Shown: piece after piece, positions 45,901-59,206 of the stretch | Layout of the letters: each line of letters begins with the position of its first letter | Numbering within the stretch: the stretch's first letter is position 1 | DNA from: Iphione sp. A-MEVVRFRX5 | Taxonomy: Eukaryota | DNA: 64,000 nucleotides | Reading direction: 5' to 3' | Assembly: GCA_976226885.1 (NCBI GenBank) | Contig: OZ320314.1 | Coordinates: 35,836,001 to 35,900,000, forward strand | Position numbers and translations under genes: made by a program | The notes under the pieces: model-generated | Seen by the model: the letters and a program-made list of their open reading frames with translations, nothing else | Told to the model about the DNA's origin: nothing | The model's database searches: none

Positions 45901-48900
45901 GCGCTCGCACTGTCCGGGGGGCGTCGTCGTTGTAGTGGTAGTGCTGGTGGTGGCAAGGGCGGTGGTAATGGTGGTTGTGGTGAAAGCAACCAGCTGGAGC
46001 ATTTGTCTTATACCTATTGCGATGGTCGCGCCCGCACAGGAAGGGGGCATAGTGGTCATTAGTGTGTTGCACTCCGTCAACGTTACAAGGACTAAATCCC
46101 GGCCTCGCTGACTATACTTAGAAGGTAAGACAGATACGCTTATGTCCAATGAAAAGCGCCATTCATTCGCGGATAAAACAAACTCGGTTAGTAGTGAGAA
46201 ACTGTGACTAGCATTCAGAAATGAGTATTTAACACAGGAAGCTACTGTGTTGTATACTAATGAATAACATACAGCTCCAGTGATGGGGACCGTTTTGAGC
46301 TGTTCATTTGACGAATCTTGCAATAATCCCCGTCAGAAATATATACGCAGAAACTGTATTTACGTACATGTATCAGGTAATACCCTTCTTGGGAACGTTC
46401 AATATACTTTGTCTCATAGTATTATAACCATCACAGATATCCAGTGCTTTAAGGAGTAACTAGAATGGGAGCCTGATATTAATTAACACTGCAAAGTAAT
46501 AATGATAAGCCAATTACGAGCCGTGCATGGCAGAGCGGGACTGTGAAGAGAAGAGATCCGGCCTGTTCACGTGAACACTCCTGAAGTTGCTGAGCCAGGG
46601 AATTCCCTAGAATTGTCTTTCATCGACCGACGCATTTATATCCCGTGCGTCGTAACAGGTAACATATTGAATATGTGCGACGGGCAGTTTGCGGATCATT
46701 CTGCTGTATGTCAGTCATTCTCTCCCCCCCCCCACCTGTACGCCAGCTAGATAGGTTATCCTCGTTTTATTAATGAAGAGCGCAATTTCTTGATAGGATT
46801 TTGCATTCTATGATCGTGTCTTTATTTCTGTAATGGACAGGCCTACAGCCGTTTTCTTCGTTTAAATAACGTTTGAATGATTCTATTTCATTCTGTCTTC
46901 TTTTCTGGGCGGTTTGTGACATGACATGAACAGAAGAGCGCCTTGCTCATCAGATTTTCTGAGATTAGGACTGCCAAATCCTGATTTACTCCAAATGACT
47001 TCGTCAATCAAGACAAACGATTTGAATTATTTTCATCCGAATACGGATCACGAGGGTTCATGTCATGGCTAAAGCCACGCAATTCACCTCGGCATTGCCA
47101 ACAATTATGGGACGAACCAATGATGTCGCCCGTTACATGCCGGCTTGGGCGGTGACCTTCAGCCTGGAACACGCTGTCTGATTGGTTGATTGATGCCTCC
47201 CAAGAGTCTCATTGTGCGGTCAGTAGGAGAACGATACCTACAGGAGGCGATGATGGCGATAGACCAGTGGATGGAGTAGGGCACGGGAATGATTGACAAG
47301 TGCAGAGAAGAGAGAAACCTTTTCGAGAACGTCTGTTTACTGGACGACACATAACGCGTTATTCTCATAGTCACATGTACATGTATAAAGTTGGGAGACA
47401 CAATGGGAGTTTATGACAAAAAAGATAACTTTGAAACGTGAACTACGCAGATGTTCCATATCTCTAGCATCTGCTGTCTGAGATAATAATTTCCACACCT
47501 AAAAAGTACATATTCTTCTTGATCGGTTAATTCTGGTTGTTTTAGTTGCATCCTTCATGCTTTGTTGCATAAGGTATCACCACACGGTGCAGTGTGCTGA
47601 GGTATATAGCTTCGTAAAATATGTATTATTGATAATAATAGTAATTTGCATGTCATTTCGAAAATATCGTTGAAATTCAATCATTTGGAGTTCAAAAGGC
47701 CATCTCAGATAGCCCTCCCAAGCACATGCTTTCTGTCAATGCCTTATGAATAAAAGGTATAAATAAGCACTAATGCGCACTTCCAATTGCACATTTTCTC
47801 TGACGATGAGTGTTCTCATTGACTAATAATGCTGAAGTAATTAGTGAGTATGCACATACAAATCAGATTGATAATTTCACTCTCAACAATAGCAAGAACA
47901 GTTCATTAAGATCTACTAACGCTGTGACTATGTAAAGGCATTCTCCTTTTGCGCTTCTTCATCTAGTTCACGTAATGTCTAGCGTCAACACAATTGAATA
48001 TTCACTGTACACTTCGAAAGTCAGAGGGATATTCACAAAAGGTAATAAACGTGAGACGGGACTTGAAGCATCGAGTCCCTATTTTGACAAGGATTGTTTG
48101 CCACATAGCAAATGGTGCCTACTTTCTCGCTTTTCAGCACCTGCTTAGTCATCCGACAAAAAAAGGAAATAGAGCAGCTGTTGTGAATTCTTCTGTAGCA
48201 TTGTAACACCGTGCTGCATAAATTGGGATTACGTCCAATCTAAAGGGACTCTTCAATATTCTTTACCCTGTTGGATACTCAGGACTGTTGTTGCGCATAA
48301 TCCTGCTAGAAAGAAACTATTTTCAGTGTGGTAATTTGTAACGAATCGAAAGCCTGTGAATTAGTCCAATCATGACAAAGTGCGCGGGATTTCCCGGCTA
48401 AAAGCTTTTCGCTTACGCTATTGTGTAGTTAGAATGAGCATGTAGGAGTAGCATTTGGAAACGTCAGAGACTTGAGGGGTCCTTAGCGGGTTTGTATTTA
48501 CAACTGGCTACCACGACATCTTTTGACTATTGCTAAGACAGCTCCATACAGCATCATACCACTGATTGATCGGTGATATTTGATAGCAGTCGGCGACTCC
48601 TATTTATCAGTGGCCATGGCCGTCTCCGTATAGGACGGCAGTCTTTGCTCTTTCATGTACACGTGTCTTTACTTTCTTTGATTCAGAAGACATAGGCCGG
48701 CGGTAGAAATAAGTATAGGGAGACATTCTGTGTATTCTGTGGCATGGTTGTTCTGTCAGTGGGGCCTGCCTCCTAGGCTGTTAATATAGACCAGACAGAA
48801 ATGAGGGACAACTGCTTTCTAATCAACAGTGACCCTTCTGCCAGAGCCCCTTTCTGTGCCTAGGTCATTTTTCCCCTGCAGCATTTGTTTACGTCTGGTC

Positions 48901-49039
48901 GCAGTCTTTGGTTGGCGTTTCCTTGTGCGGGATGTTATAATTCGGCGGCACGTACGTTCGCGGGCCCCGTCGATATGGATGTACCGCTATTTCGTCGGCG
49001 GAGGCAACACCCCGACTTATGAATTACACCCGCCGCCAC

Positions 49040-49925
49040 GGAGCTGGATCGACCAGACTTTGTGGCTCTATCGGCGCGTTTTATCACGCAGCCAGGCCAC
49101 TAAGACGTGCGCCTGGGCCCTGAGTTTGTAGCAATCTGTAGATCTTTTAGAGGGATGATTGCTGACAGGCAGACACCAAGTCTGCGAGTGGATGTCGACC
49201 GCCCGCCCATATATTCTACTTTTGCTGCGAGCCGGAGTTGTGCGACCGGTAGTGATCTCGGGCGCCGATATGAGAGGGAACCGTGGGGCGGCTCTGATGG
49301 AGTCGCTGCGGCGATAGGTCATCAGCCGCCAAGACGGCTGGTCGACCGACGGAGCGCTGGAAGTGAAGGAGCACAGGCAAGGCCGAGGGCGGCGGAAGAT
49401 GGTGGGCAAGAAAGGCTGCGGTACACCCTGTCATCTTGTTCCGGGTCCATTCCAGCCAGAGTCCATCCATCAGCTTCAGCCGGGGCCACTGTACGCTGTG
49501 TCATTGAGCATCTGTGTGAACCGGTAACAGCGGTGGGGGGCAGCGAAAGGGCTTAGCCCGCTCAAAGGTTTAGTTGAAAAGACCCAGAGCACAACGCCGA
49601 GATCCGTTCGTTGCTCATGCATGGAATATATGAGCTCGTGTTTATGATTGAGTTTGTGCATCTAAAAGGGAATGCATAAGAGACATCGCTATCGTCACAA
49701 TGTCCTCAATCAAGGCGCCCAAGTCGGTGGAGGAACTGGCTTTACAGGGGCCTGAAACGGCGAGAAGGGACGGTGCGCGGCGAAGCCTATAGACAGCCAC
49801 CACGTCTTATACACACCACTCATGGCCACCTTCCTGCTGTGGGGTCGGATCACCAGGCAATGGCAATGTGATGTATTTACGATTATGAATAGTTCAGGGC
49901 GAAAGGTTGATTGAGACCAATTGAG
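49040..49925 (+). pseudogene. Possible highly degenerate LINE ORF2 5' part (APE and post-APE linker)
   Basis: In order, with stops and frameshifts: PDFVALS (about 49053), GGSDGVAAAI (about 49286), AVGSDHQAM (about 49842), DYE*FRAK..D*DQL (about 49881). No GDFN or YRPP motif found. Confidence 0.28.
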
Positions 49926-50695
49926 ACGGATCACCTTGGCTGTGTGAAAGACTCGGCTTTGACGGCAGCGCCTGCACCTCATTCACCAAGAATTGCTGAT
50001 GTATATTTGTCCTCGCAGCTGTACGAAACACGCGTCCACATTCAGGGTCAACGCTACGATTGATGTTATCAGAATTAGAGCATAAAAGAGCAGTTTTCGC
50101 TCCAGCCTTGGTCGTGGTCAATGCCCCCGTGTTTACATACTCGCTGACGATAAGAGTGAGCAGCTTTTTACACCATGAAACCGATCAGGCGAACCAAATC
50201 GTCCCATAGATAGGGCTAGGCATTCCCGGTGTCATTGGGGGGACGTGTGAAAGAGAACAAGATGATTTACAGACATCTTCTAGGATAGATGACGAACACA
50301 AAAGAACTGCATAATGAGGGGTTCCCGTGACCGATATGGTGCATGATTGACGGTTGAAATAGACCTGCCTCGTTGTTGTTGGTCCTGTTCTGAAAGACGG
50401 AGATGAACGAGATGAAGACTATTTTCCTAGTCGCTGATCCAAAGCATACCGGATACTATGGCCATTATTTCTCTCTTAACGTTCAGCGCCCATGCCGTTC
50501 CGTCTTCCAAATGACACCTCGACGCACGCCTGTGTGTGTTCTTAATAAGAATAATAAGCCACAAAGAAAAGGATGGCTATTTAGAGGTATAAGGTAGGAG
50601 GCCATACGAAGTGGATGAGTCCTGGACGAGGCTCGATAATGCCGACACACTACACCCATCTGCTGACTCCATAACTTATTCCATTTTAGCTGTAA

Positions 50696-50725
50696 CCCCC
50701 CCCCCACACACACACACACACACAC
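50696..50725. repeat. Poly(C) run joined to a (CA)n microsatellite
   Basis: C10 followed by about 10 AC units. Confidence 0.9.
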
Positions 50726-52099
50726 TCGCCACCTCCCAACTTTTAGCCGATAATGCTCGTACACGGGAACAGTCACATATGGTATGTGAATTAGAATTTG
50801 AACAAACACACAGGTTGAGTATGAGTTTTGTATAAATTTAATTGGGTTCCTATATTGTGACATGAGCCTGGTCTCCAATAACTAAGACAATGCGAAATAA
50901 CAACAATGATCAGAAAATATGTGGATCACTCCAAATGCAGGAAATTAGCCTGCTGAAGTGCAACTCTCTCCGAGTGCATGTGAGAGAATATCACTTTATT
51001 AATCAGAAAAATACAATCGTATATTCTCCAGAGTAGGTCAATAGTGATAATGATTACATAAGACTTGCTTAAAAAGAGTTTCCCTGTTACTTCTGATTGG
51101 TCACTCTGGTAACAATAGTGGAGAGGATAATGCAGTGGTCGTATGACCACTGCAGGTGCACTCTTTTGCAATACCAATTAACCTTATTACGTAATAGCAA
51201 TCAACTCTGAAGTCTATTCTTAGTGAAGATGGTCGTGTCTCTGCTACAATATGCATACAGATGCACAAACACATCGACGTACATACACACATACACTTAA
51301 TCCAACAACACATCGTCCTACAAATGGTCACGGTTTACCCATATACCGAGTACATCTTTGACAAAATTGTCATATAGTATTAGTGTATTCATGATAGAGC
51401 CTGAACTTTTTTGTGAGAGTTATCTTAGCGTCTACGTTGTACCCTGATCTTTTGGCCACACGTGGCTCTTAACTCCTAGTGAGTCCTGTCATCGTATTGT
51501 TGCTATAGTCTCCTATACTGTGCCTCCGAGACTGGGGATCAAACTATCAATGGAAAGCAGTGTCAAGAGATCCAGTGAGAAGTGCTAGCCGACGATCGAG
51601 CCAAGTGACAGTGGTAGGGGCATTGTGAAGCGGTTGTTTGCGCAAAGTGGCCAGGAGGGCTGACCGGTAGGGCGGCGCCGTGTGCCGCCACCTCTAGTAA
51701 CATGAACGGTCAACAATGTGCCTCCGTGCAGCCCAAGATATAACACTCTACCTCTTGGCTCTCTTCTCCCATTCCCACTGCCGATTCACTAGAGGCTTCA
51801 GGGGAAGGAGGAGGAGGGGGGAGCTTTGGTGGGTGGCTGAAGGGGATCGGGGCGAAGGGTAGACGTGCGGCGAATACGCGCGGGGATGGTACGCAGAGTT
51901 TGTGTCGTAGAGAACACCACCTTTCCTGCTCCCAACAGTTGTATGAGTTCGTATATACTAAAAGCACCTGGTTGTAGATGTTGGTATAGTCCATGGAATT
52001 AGCATCGTTTAAGTGATTACAGCTTACAGCCAGATGGCTGTTCCTGTCGGACACTGTCGTCCAAAACCTCTGTAACCCCAAACATGCACGTACATGATG

Positions 52100-52177
52100 T
52101 GGTGGTAAATAACACCCGCTAACGTTTGTCTTACTTGCAAAAGAGCTGCGGTTAACGATCAAAACAGAGACCGACTC
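52100..52177 (-). pseudogene. Possible degenerate LINE AP-endonuclease fragment
   Basis: Translation ESVSVLIVNRSSFASKTNVSGCYLPP resembles the APE segment E.(V/L)WV.I....V..(C/I)Y(R/L)PP. Confidence 0.3.
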
Positions 52178-55100
52178 TTGCTTGAGCAATAGATCACTCA
52201 GTCAAACTTCATAATATGTTTCTGCAAAATAGAAACCGTTATCATTTGGTTGGGTTTATGGGTCAGCAAGGTGACTTGCTGGGCTGACAGAACCTTCCCT
52301 AAGCGCCACTTTCCCTATACTACTCTCGATTGGACGTGGGATGAGACGGGAGCCTGGGAGTCTGCCTGGTCTTCAGGGAGCGGGCAGAAGCAATCAAACG
52401 GGGCTACGCTCAACGATGGTCTCCCTGCCAAGATAGACCCAGTTCTGATCGTCACACCAGCTGTAAAGCTGGCACGGTTCCAAAAACGCCCGGGTCAGTA
52501 GCTTATGCATAAAATATGGTAGCTTTATCATTTTATGTGGACGCTTCTAGTGTCTGTGATAGGAACTAGCGGTAGAAAACGCGTATGAACCACAATGATG
52601 CCGCCGACAGATGTTGCCATCTGGTCTCTTCATAATGATATTATGACATAGTTATAAATTTTAGCGGTTACATTTATACTGCTTCTCAAACGGTCGTAAC
52701 TATGTTGCTCTCTTGATCCTATTCTCCCTGGTGGCCCCACGAGAATACACTTAGCCACAGATGAGGCTATCACATTTTCCAATTCATAAAACAGCGGGAT
52801 ATGTTTGTGTCGAACATAAGACCTAAGCACATATGTAGCAATTGTCGGCCGGAGCTCAAACGTTGAGAGCCAAAGCAATAAAACCCAATGACCATCTGCG
52901 GGACGGCGTGTGAGGGGGAGGGGGGTGGGTGGGTACGGGGGAGGGCAGACCGTCCGTCGGTTGACAGGACGATGAATGGACCGGCACGTGGCAGCCGCCT
53001 TCGGGGCCTTTTGTTTTAGCGCGCCTGGCGGTGACCGCGCCCGCACAAAGAGCACAGCAATGACCACACGCCAGCTGGCGTTCTTCACCGTCCCGCGTGG
53101 CGGCGCCAGCGGTCCTGCGGGCTAAAGGAAGTGAGCGAACAGACTGTAGCAGGTACACATTGTTGGGTAACCCTTAGACCATTCATAATACAGTGTCACT
53201 GTGTGCTGATAAGTCTCATCCTGCCACAACTTCGCTTATCAATGGTTCGACATCCCTTAAATGCACATGCCAATATAGCCTGCCCTTGAAGCTACGTTAT
53301 AATGGTGTGCTTAGTTTTTTTAAGGGCCCTTTATGTGTTTTACTACTTAAAACTTCCGAGGAAAACCACATACGTAAAAAGTCAGCGATTACACATGTGA
53401 CATACACCTGCCACAATTTTCTGATAGGTTTTTACAGCCCTGGATAACTGCTATGATTACATACTGCTCGTATAGGTCATTTTATTCTGTATCAAATCCC
53501 CAGATGGCTTTATCTTAAAACATGTAACGCTAATTATCGTTCAGTTCAAGCGGAAGCGGTTTTTGCAATTTTCCTGCATATGAAATAGTGTAACGATACG
53601 TGCATGTTCACAATTAACTTCAATATTCTTCCTGTCTTTGTTAATATTTATATGCACCTATTTACAATGACGCCAACGACTACAGTTCGCTCTTGAAGTA
53701 AAAAAAAAACAATAACCTTTTCTGATCAGCCTGTCAACGTCACGTCGAGATAAACCATATTTCTTTTCCCATAAAAATCGTGTGCCCTCTTCAAGTAAAC
53801 AGCAAATGCAATTTACCATATTCAGCTTTATCAGCCCATCATATACGAAAAACTAACACAGTGACTTTAAGCACAAGTCAGTTAATATGACGCAAGGACA
53901 AGGTGTAGATCCATATACATGTACACATTTGCATGCACATGTACATAAATACACCGATGCCTAACTACCACCCATCTTTTTACGCTTTGAAGAGGCTCAG
54001 CTATACTTCGCCTAAATGTAAATCAAGAACAATGCCGTATGTTGTATATGGAAAATTAGATCCCCCTTTTTCATCCGTTTTTATGCATCAAATTTAATAT
54101 CAAATTAACGGCCGCTCATGTCTTGTCCTTCGGCCTTGCAGAAGGGGTCGCCTTTAGCGGCTTTGCAATCATCAAGGGGCCCTTAGCATCTATTGCTAGC
54201 TTATTTCCATCTGTCTGAGGGCATTCAACAGTGCGCAAAACCGATCGGCTCCTTCAAAAGGGCCCTAGGGAGGAGGCTTCTGATACGGAACTGGAGGTAG
54301 GGAGGGGTTTTATCAGGGCATGGCAGTCAGCAGTATGACTGCGGGCATCTAAAGGAGGCAGGGCCTCTTTTCTCGAGGACTTTAATACCCTTTCGGTGTT
54401 GCGATACGCGGGTCCCTGCCAATCCACGCTCCTGCCGATAGCGTCGGCTGCCGCTGTTCTTATTAGACACTCGGCTCTCCCCCCGAACTCGTATGCCACC
54501 TGGGGTTGAGCGCTATAATTACTGTTATCCCAGGCTAATTAATTAATCTACCTGTAATTGGCTTTTCAGTAGAATGCCACTGCTTTGAAGTGAGTGCTTA
54601 GCTTGTTAAGCCGCGTACATAATGGCCGGTAGGAACAGGCGGGTGAGACTATCGTGATTTTAGTCTATGACCTTTGGTTAATAGCACAGCATCTCATCGT
54701 GCTAATCCATTTACGTAGGCGAGTGGGCTTTTCTTTCCACAGCTGCTGTGTCTTTGCGGATTAGGATATTTTATTGGACAATTGTTGTCACGGTACGTTT
54801 CAAAGCGTTGGCTTGTTTGTTGGAGGAGGCTGGTTGAGGGGCATGGCAGGGTGCCCGATTGCTATACCAGAGGGGATCGCTGTAATACAGACCCCCAGCT
54901 TACCACATACGGCCTACCTGATGGGGCCCGCGTGGTTGATGATGATGATAAACGAGCACATAAAGGATACGGAGAGAAACAAGGCCGGAGCACCTCCGGA
55001 CGGGGTAAATAGACGCCATGTGATGAGAGGTCCACCCAGGGAGCAGTACACGAATTATTAATGCCAGGACCTCGGGAGCTCCCGCCCTGCTCGGACCGGA

Positions 55101-58100
55101 GCGTGACGTGACATGCCACCATAAGCGCACGCACAAGGTAGGGTTCGGGCCCGTGTTTGGAAACTCTGCCATCAAACTACTTGTTTATTCGCCCATATTA
55201 TGTCCATTATACATCATGTCTCGTCCAAGCTTCGTCGGTCATTTATAATGTTGGGATAAAGGGCTATTGGTGCGGGAGGCAGTTTAAGGAGACGGAGAAG
55301 GGCGATTGAAAAAGAGCCCAAACCAGGGGCACACATGAAATCCATTGTGATCCGATGGCAAGAATCAATTGTGAACACTTTGCAGCTGCAGTCGAGCAGT
55401 TATGAGGCGCTCAGGCCATCGGCGACCCAATTTGCACCAATCAACGTCCAGCCAGCCACCGACTGTCCACTCGCTGCCTCGCGACGCTAAAATTGATGAC
55501 GTTGTCAGTGCCACTCTTGCTGCGCTCTACGTCACAGGGGCAGTGGCAAGTTGATCTGTCACCTCTCCTTGTTTCTGCACTCTGTCTTACTGCCTTGGCT
55601 ATGGGAAAAGTAGGATTTTCCTTTTAACACCAATGCACGTCCATTAATTTGATATCTCGAAAATGTGTTTTATACCCAACCGCTATACTCAAAGGCAATG
55701 TAGAGATGGCGTCACACTCAAATCGTAATGCATGGGAGGCCAATTGCACAATTGCTAATTCATTCTAAGCATACAAAACTTTGGAGGTACAGTGTAAATG
55801 GCGTAATTCCTTAAACGTTGGGATCATACATATCCGGAGAGGAAGGCAATCTTGTTTATATACGTCATGATGTGGTTCCTCACTTGGCGTGAAGAGGTTC
55901 CTTTTCAACCGATTTTAACATTTCAAAGAACAGTCCTAATCTGTGGTTATGTTGCTATTCGCATGTGCTACAGTGGTATTTAAGTATTTTAAGAGTGTTC
56001 TGTCTTGGAGCGCAGTTTCCCTTCTCCGTGGACGTTTATCATGACGCAAGAATTTTAATTGCATTGGGCAAATACACTGTACATCATGTCATTAATGCAC
56101 TCGCACAGCATGCATGTTTTCTTAGTTTAATTCTAACAACTATAATTACGTGTGAAGGAAGGGATATTTTTTCTCGGTAAAGCATGATGTCAACCATGTT
56201 CTATTTCCCTCTCCTTCTGCTTGATGGAATGTAACAGTAAAATTCAAGTACCGTCCGAATAAAACACCAAGTCAATTTTCTTTGATTCGTGTACAAGTGC
56301 CAAACTTGGCAGTGGTAGTGTAAATTTGTCAGTGATAAACTATATCACTAGATTATACTCGCCTATACATAAACCTATATACAGCTACCCCTCGCTATTA
56401 CAACAGTACAAGATGTACTTAGGACGAACTGGTTATGCACATAATAGCGAGGGGTTGTTGGTATTAAAGCTACAAGTTTTTCCTATTAAAAATATGTACG
56501 TATTCTGTTGCCTACTCATTTGTGTGGAATCCTGAAATGTCTGGAATAGTGAGGTGTTGCAATAGTAATGTTTCCTATACATATATATAATCCCTTAATC
56601 TGAACACCCTCCAACCGGAACAGCCTCATTATGTACAGCAATATGACAGAACCAACTCTATTTAAGACCTGCTAATCTAGGCAATCCACATTATATACAC
56701 TTTTTCTTCTGTCTTTTCGCTGTCTGGATCGCGGGATTGTCAGTACACATGTATACACTGTAACTATACTTTCACAATGCTGCTTACTGACAGATTATTT
56801 TGTCTGTAATGGCCACACTAATACATGTATGGGGGGCGTATGTTAAATACCCCCTGTATCAAGTAGATTTATTTCGAATAGCGAGGGGTTACTCTACAGG
56901 TTCGTGAATACTGCGTCTTTCACAACATGTTTAACATGATTGATGGCTGTCCAAACCTGATGTGTCAGAAGTCGAGTGCAGCAGGAGATGGCCAAACCCA
57001 TGTGGTGACAGGATGTATCACTTAAACAAGACATGGAACACCAGCTTCCATACAAAGGGTTGACGCTCGTTTTCTTTTTATTCACCAATCACACCCGCCC
57101 AAGCGTCACCCCACAGAAGAGAAAACCCCCTCCCATGTGTTTAGTATGCGGCCTGTTTTTACACATATCACACATTGATTTTTATCGCGTTTGGTGGTCG
57201 ACAGAAGGCTCTCGGTGACCATGCCTGCGGAGCTTTTCAGAGATTAGGAGGGAGGGGGCTTTCAGGGAGGAGGGGGAAAGGACAATTACCTCAGCCAGGG
57301 GTGCCTCCATCTGTTGAATTAAAGCACGAACATGTGTCGTTCTATGGTGGAGGGGGATGTTTTGTAGAGTTACTTCAGATGTAATATCCATGCACGTTCT
57401 ACTCCGTGATGTGTTTTCAGGAGGCTACCACAACCTTCATGCACGTAGCCCTTTGTCCCGATGGAACTCACATGTGCCTAAATGAGACAAAACATCAGTA
57501 ATGGCATACAGGAGTAACGTCGCTCCTTTGGAAGAACGAGCATAGAACTTGATAGGGGCGTCATGTTTACATGCTCTAGCCCGGCATATTGTTGTGGAGA
57601 GCTTACATGTCACATCCACCAAAATGGGGCTGGTGAACAGTAAGTACATGGGTATCTTTTGTTCTCCGAAAGAGCATTACATGTACATGTATAAGTCAAT
57701 CACATGTATAAGTAAGTCAAATACATGTACTGTATATGTATACAAATCTGTATAGATAAATATGACTGCCAATACCGGCATGTTCACTCCACGCGCCAAG
57801 AGGACTGTATTGTGGTTATGCTATATATATAGCTACAATTTTGATAAGACATCTTTTGTGGGTTTTTATATGCCCCCCGGACCATATTTCTTCTCCGGGA
57901 AGTCATGTCGACCATACCGAGAACGCCCGCTGGTAGAGCAGCGATGTGTATGGAACTATGGATCATGTGGCAAAAGCGTGTTACTGACAAGCGGTCGACC
58001 TTTGAAATATTAACAACGACTGGGATTAATCAGTAATGGGCGCGGGGTTTTGTTTTACCGCGGCTCGGGGGCCGTGTGTCATGATTAAAATCACATAGAA

Positions 58101-58253
58101 GCCGAGTTGACGACATACGTTATTACCGCGCTAGTCATGTAAACAATAGCGCGGTCTCGTGTGCCAGAGACTCTGTTGTTATTAATCCCTCAAAAGCAAG
58201 GCCCGCTGCGACAGAGGCGACGTCATCGGCTGCCAGGTACCCGCTCGGACGAG

Positions 58254-58370
58254 ATCTGTGATAAATAAGACGACATTATTAAACCAGCCTCGTCCAATTC
58301 TCCCCCGCTCCCGGTTTAATGTGTAGGCATCCAGGTGTTTAATACTATTCAGTAGCGTAACGAATCCAAC
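58254..58370 (-). pseudogene. Possible degenerate LINE AP-endonuclease fragment
   Basis: Translation VGFVTLLNSIKHLDAYTLNRERGRIGRGWFNNVVLFITD resembles the APE segment TETWL..L.GY.L.R.DR..R.GGGV.LY; motif resemblance only. Confidence 0.4.
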
Positions 58371-59006
58371 CGAAGGCTCTGGTGGCACTTTTAAGTGCTC
58401 GTGACCCCCATTTTCCCAACTCCCCATGCCGTTATCATCGCTCTTCTCCTTCAAGCATTCAAGTTGTACCTCTTCCCCGTCCTCCTTCACGGGGGCAGCA
58501 CACATCGAGTGCCATCCACCTGTTCCTCTGCTATGTAGGGTGCTATTAAAAGCTGAGACGTGACGCGCAATCCTCCAGCCACCTGCCCGACCTCCGACGG
58601 GTCTCAGGTGCGCCTTATTCTGATAGGCTTTCTTCTCGCCTCATGCCGACATGATGTGCTCAAGGCGTTGCTGGAGTCTTCCCTGGGGCAGCGCACCGCC
58701 CTCCCATCCCACCCCCTCCCCCTCCTCCCCCCTCGTCCCGGCCCTGTTTGCGCGTGCCGCCTCGCTATTAGGGGCTGATTCAAGGCGACACCTCCACGTG
58801 CCTCCGCCGCCTGTCCGCCTGCCCCCCTCGCCGGCGCGGCCCAGCTGCCGGGGTAATGATCATAACGATCGTGATTACCGCACGACGTGGGGGCCGCATG
58901 ATTACCTGCGTGGAGATTGCCCCGGCGCCGCTCAGGTAAGCTTACCGGGGACCAGCGGGTGATGGAGACCGACACTATGGAAGGCCCTAGAAAAGAGCTT
59001 GGGGAA

Positions 59007-59033
59007 GTGTGTGTGTGTGTGGGGGGGGGGGGG
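59007..59033. repeat. (GT)n microsatellite joined to a poly(G) run
   Basis: 7 GT units followed by G13. Confidence 0.9.
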
Positions 59034-59172
59034 TGAGTAGGAGAGGCGGTGGTCCCAGTGGATGCTTCCGTGCGTCCCGTCCTATATCTGACACGTCAAG
59101 GACAAACCTGCGCTTTTCAGTGATGCTGAGTGCTCAGTACACGCCGGCTCTAGACACAAGAGAACTCTACAC

Positions 59173-59206
59173 TGTTGGTCTAGCTGTAATGTTGGACTAG
59201 CTGTAA
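59173..59206. repeat. 17-nt tandem duplication (tgttgg[t/a]ctagctgtaa) x2
   Basis: Two copies with one mismatch. Confidence 0.8.
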
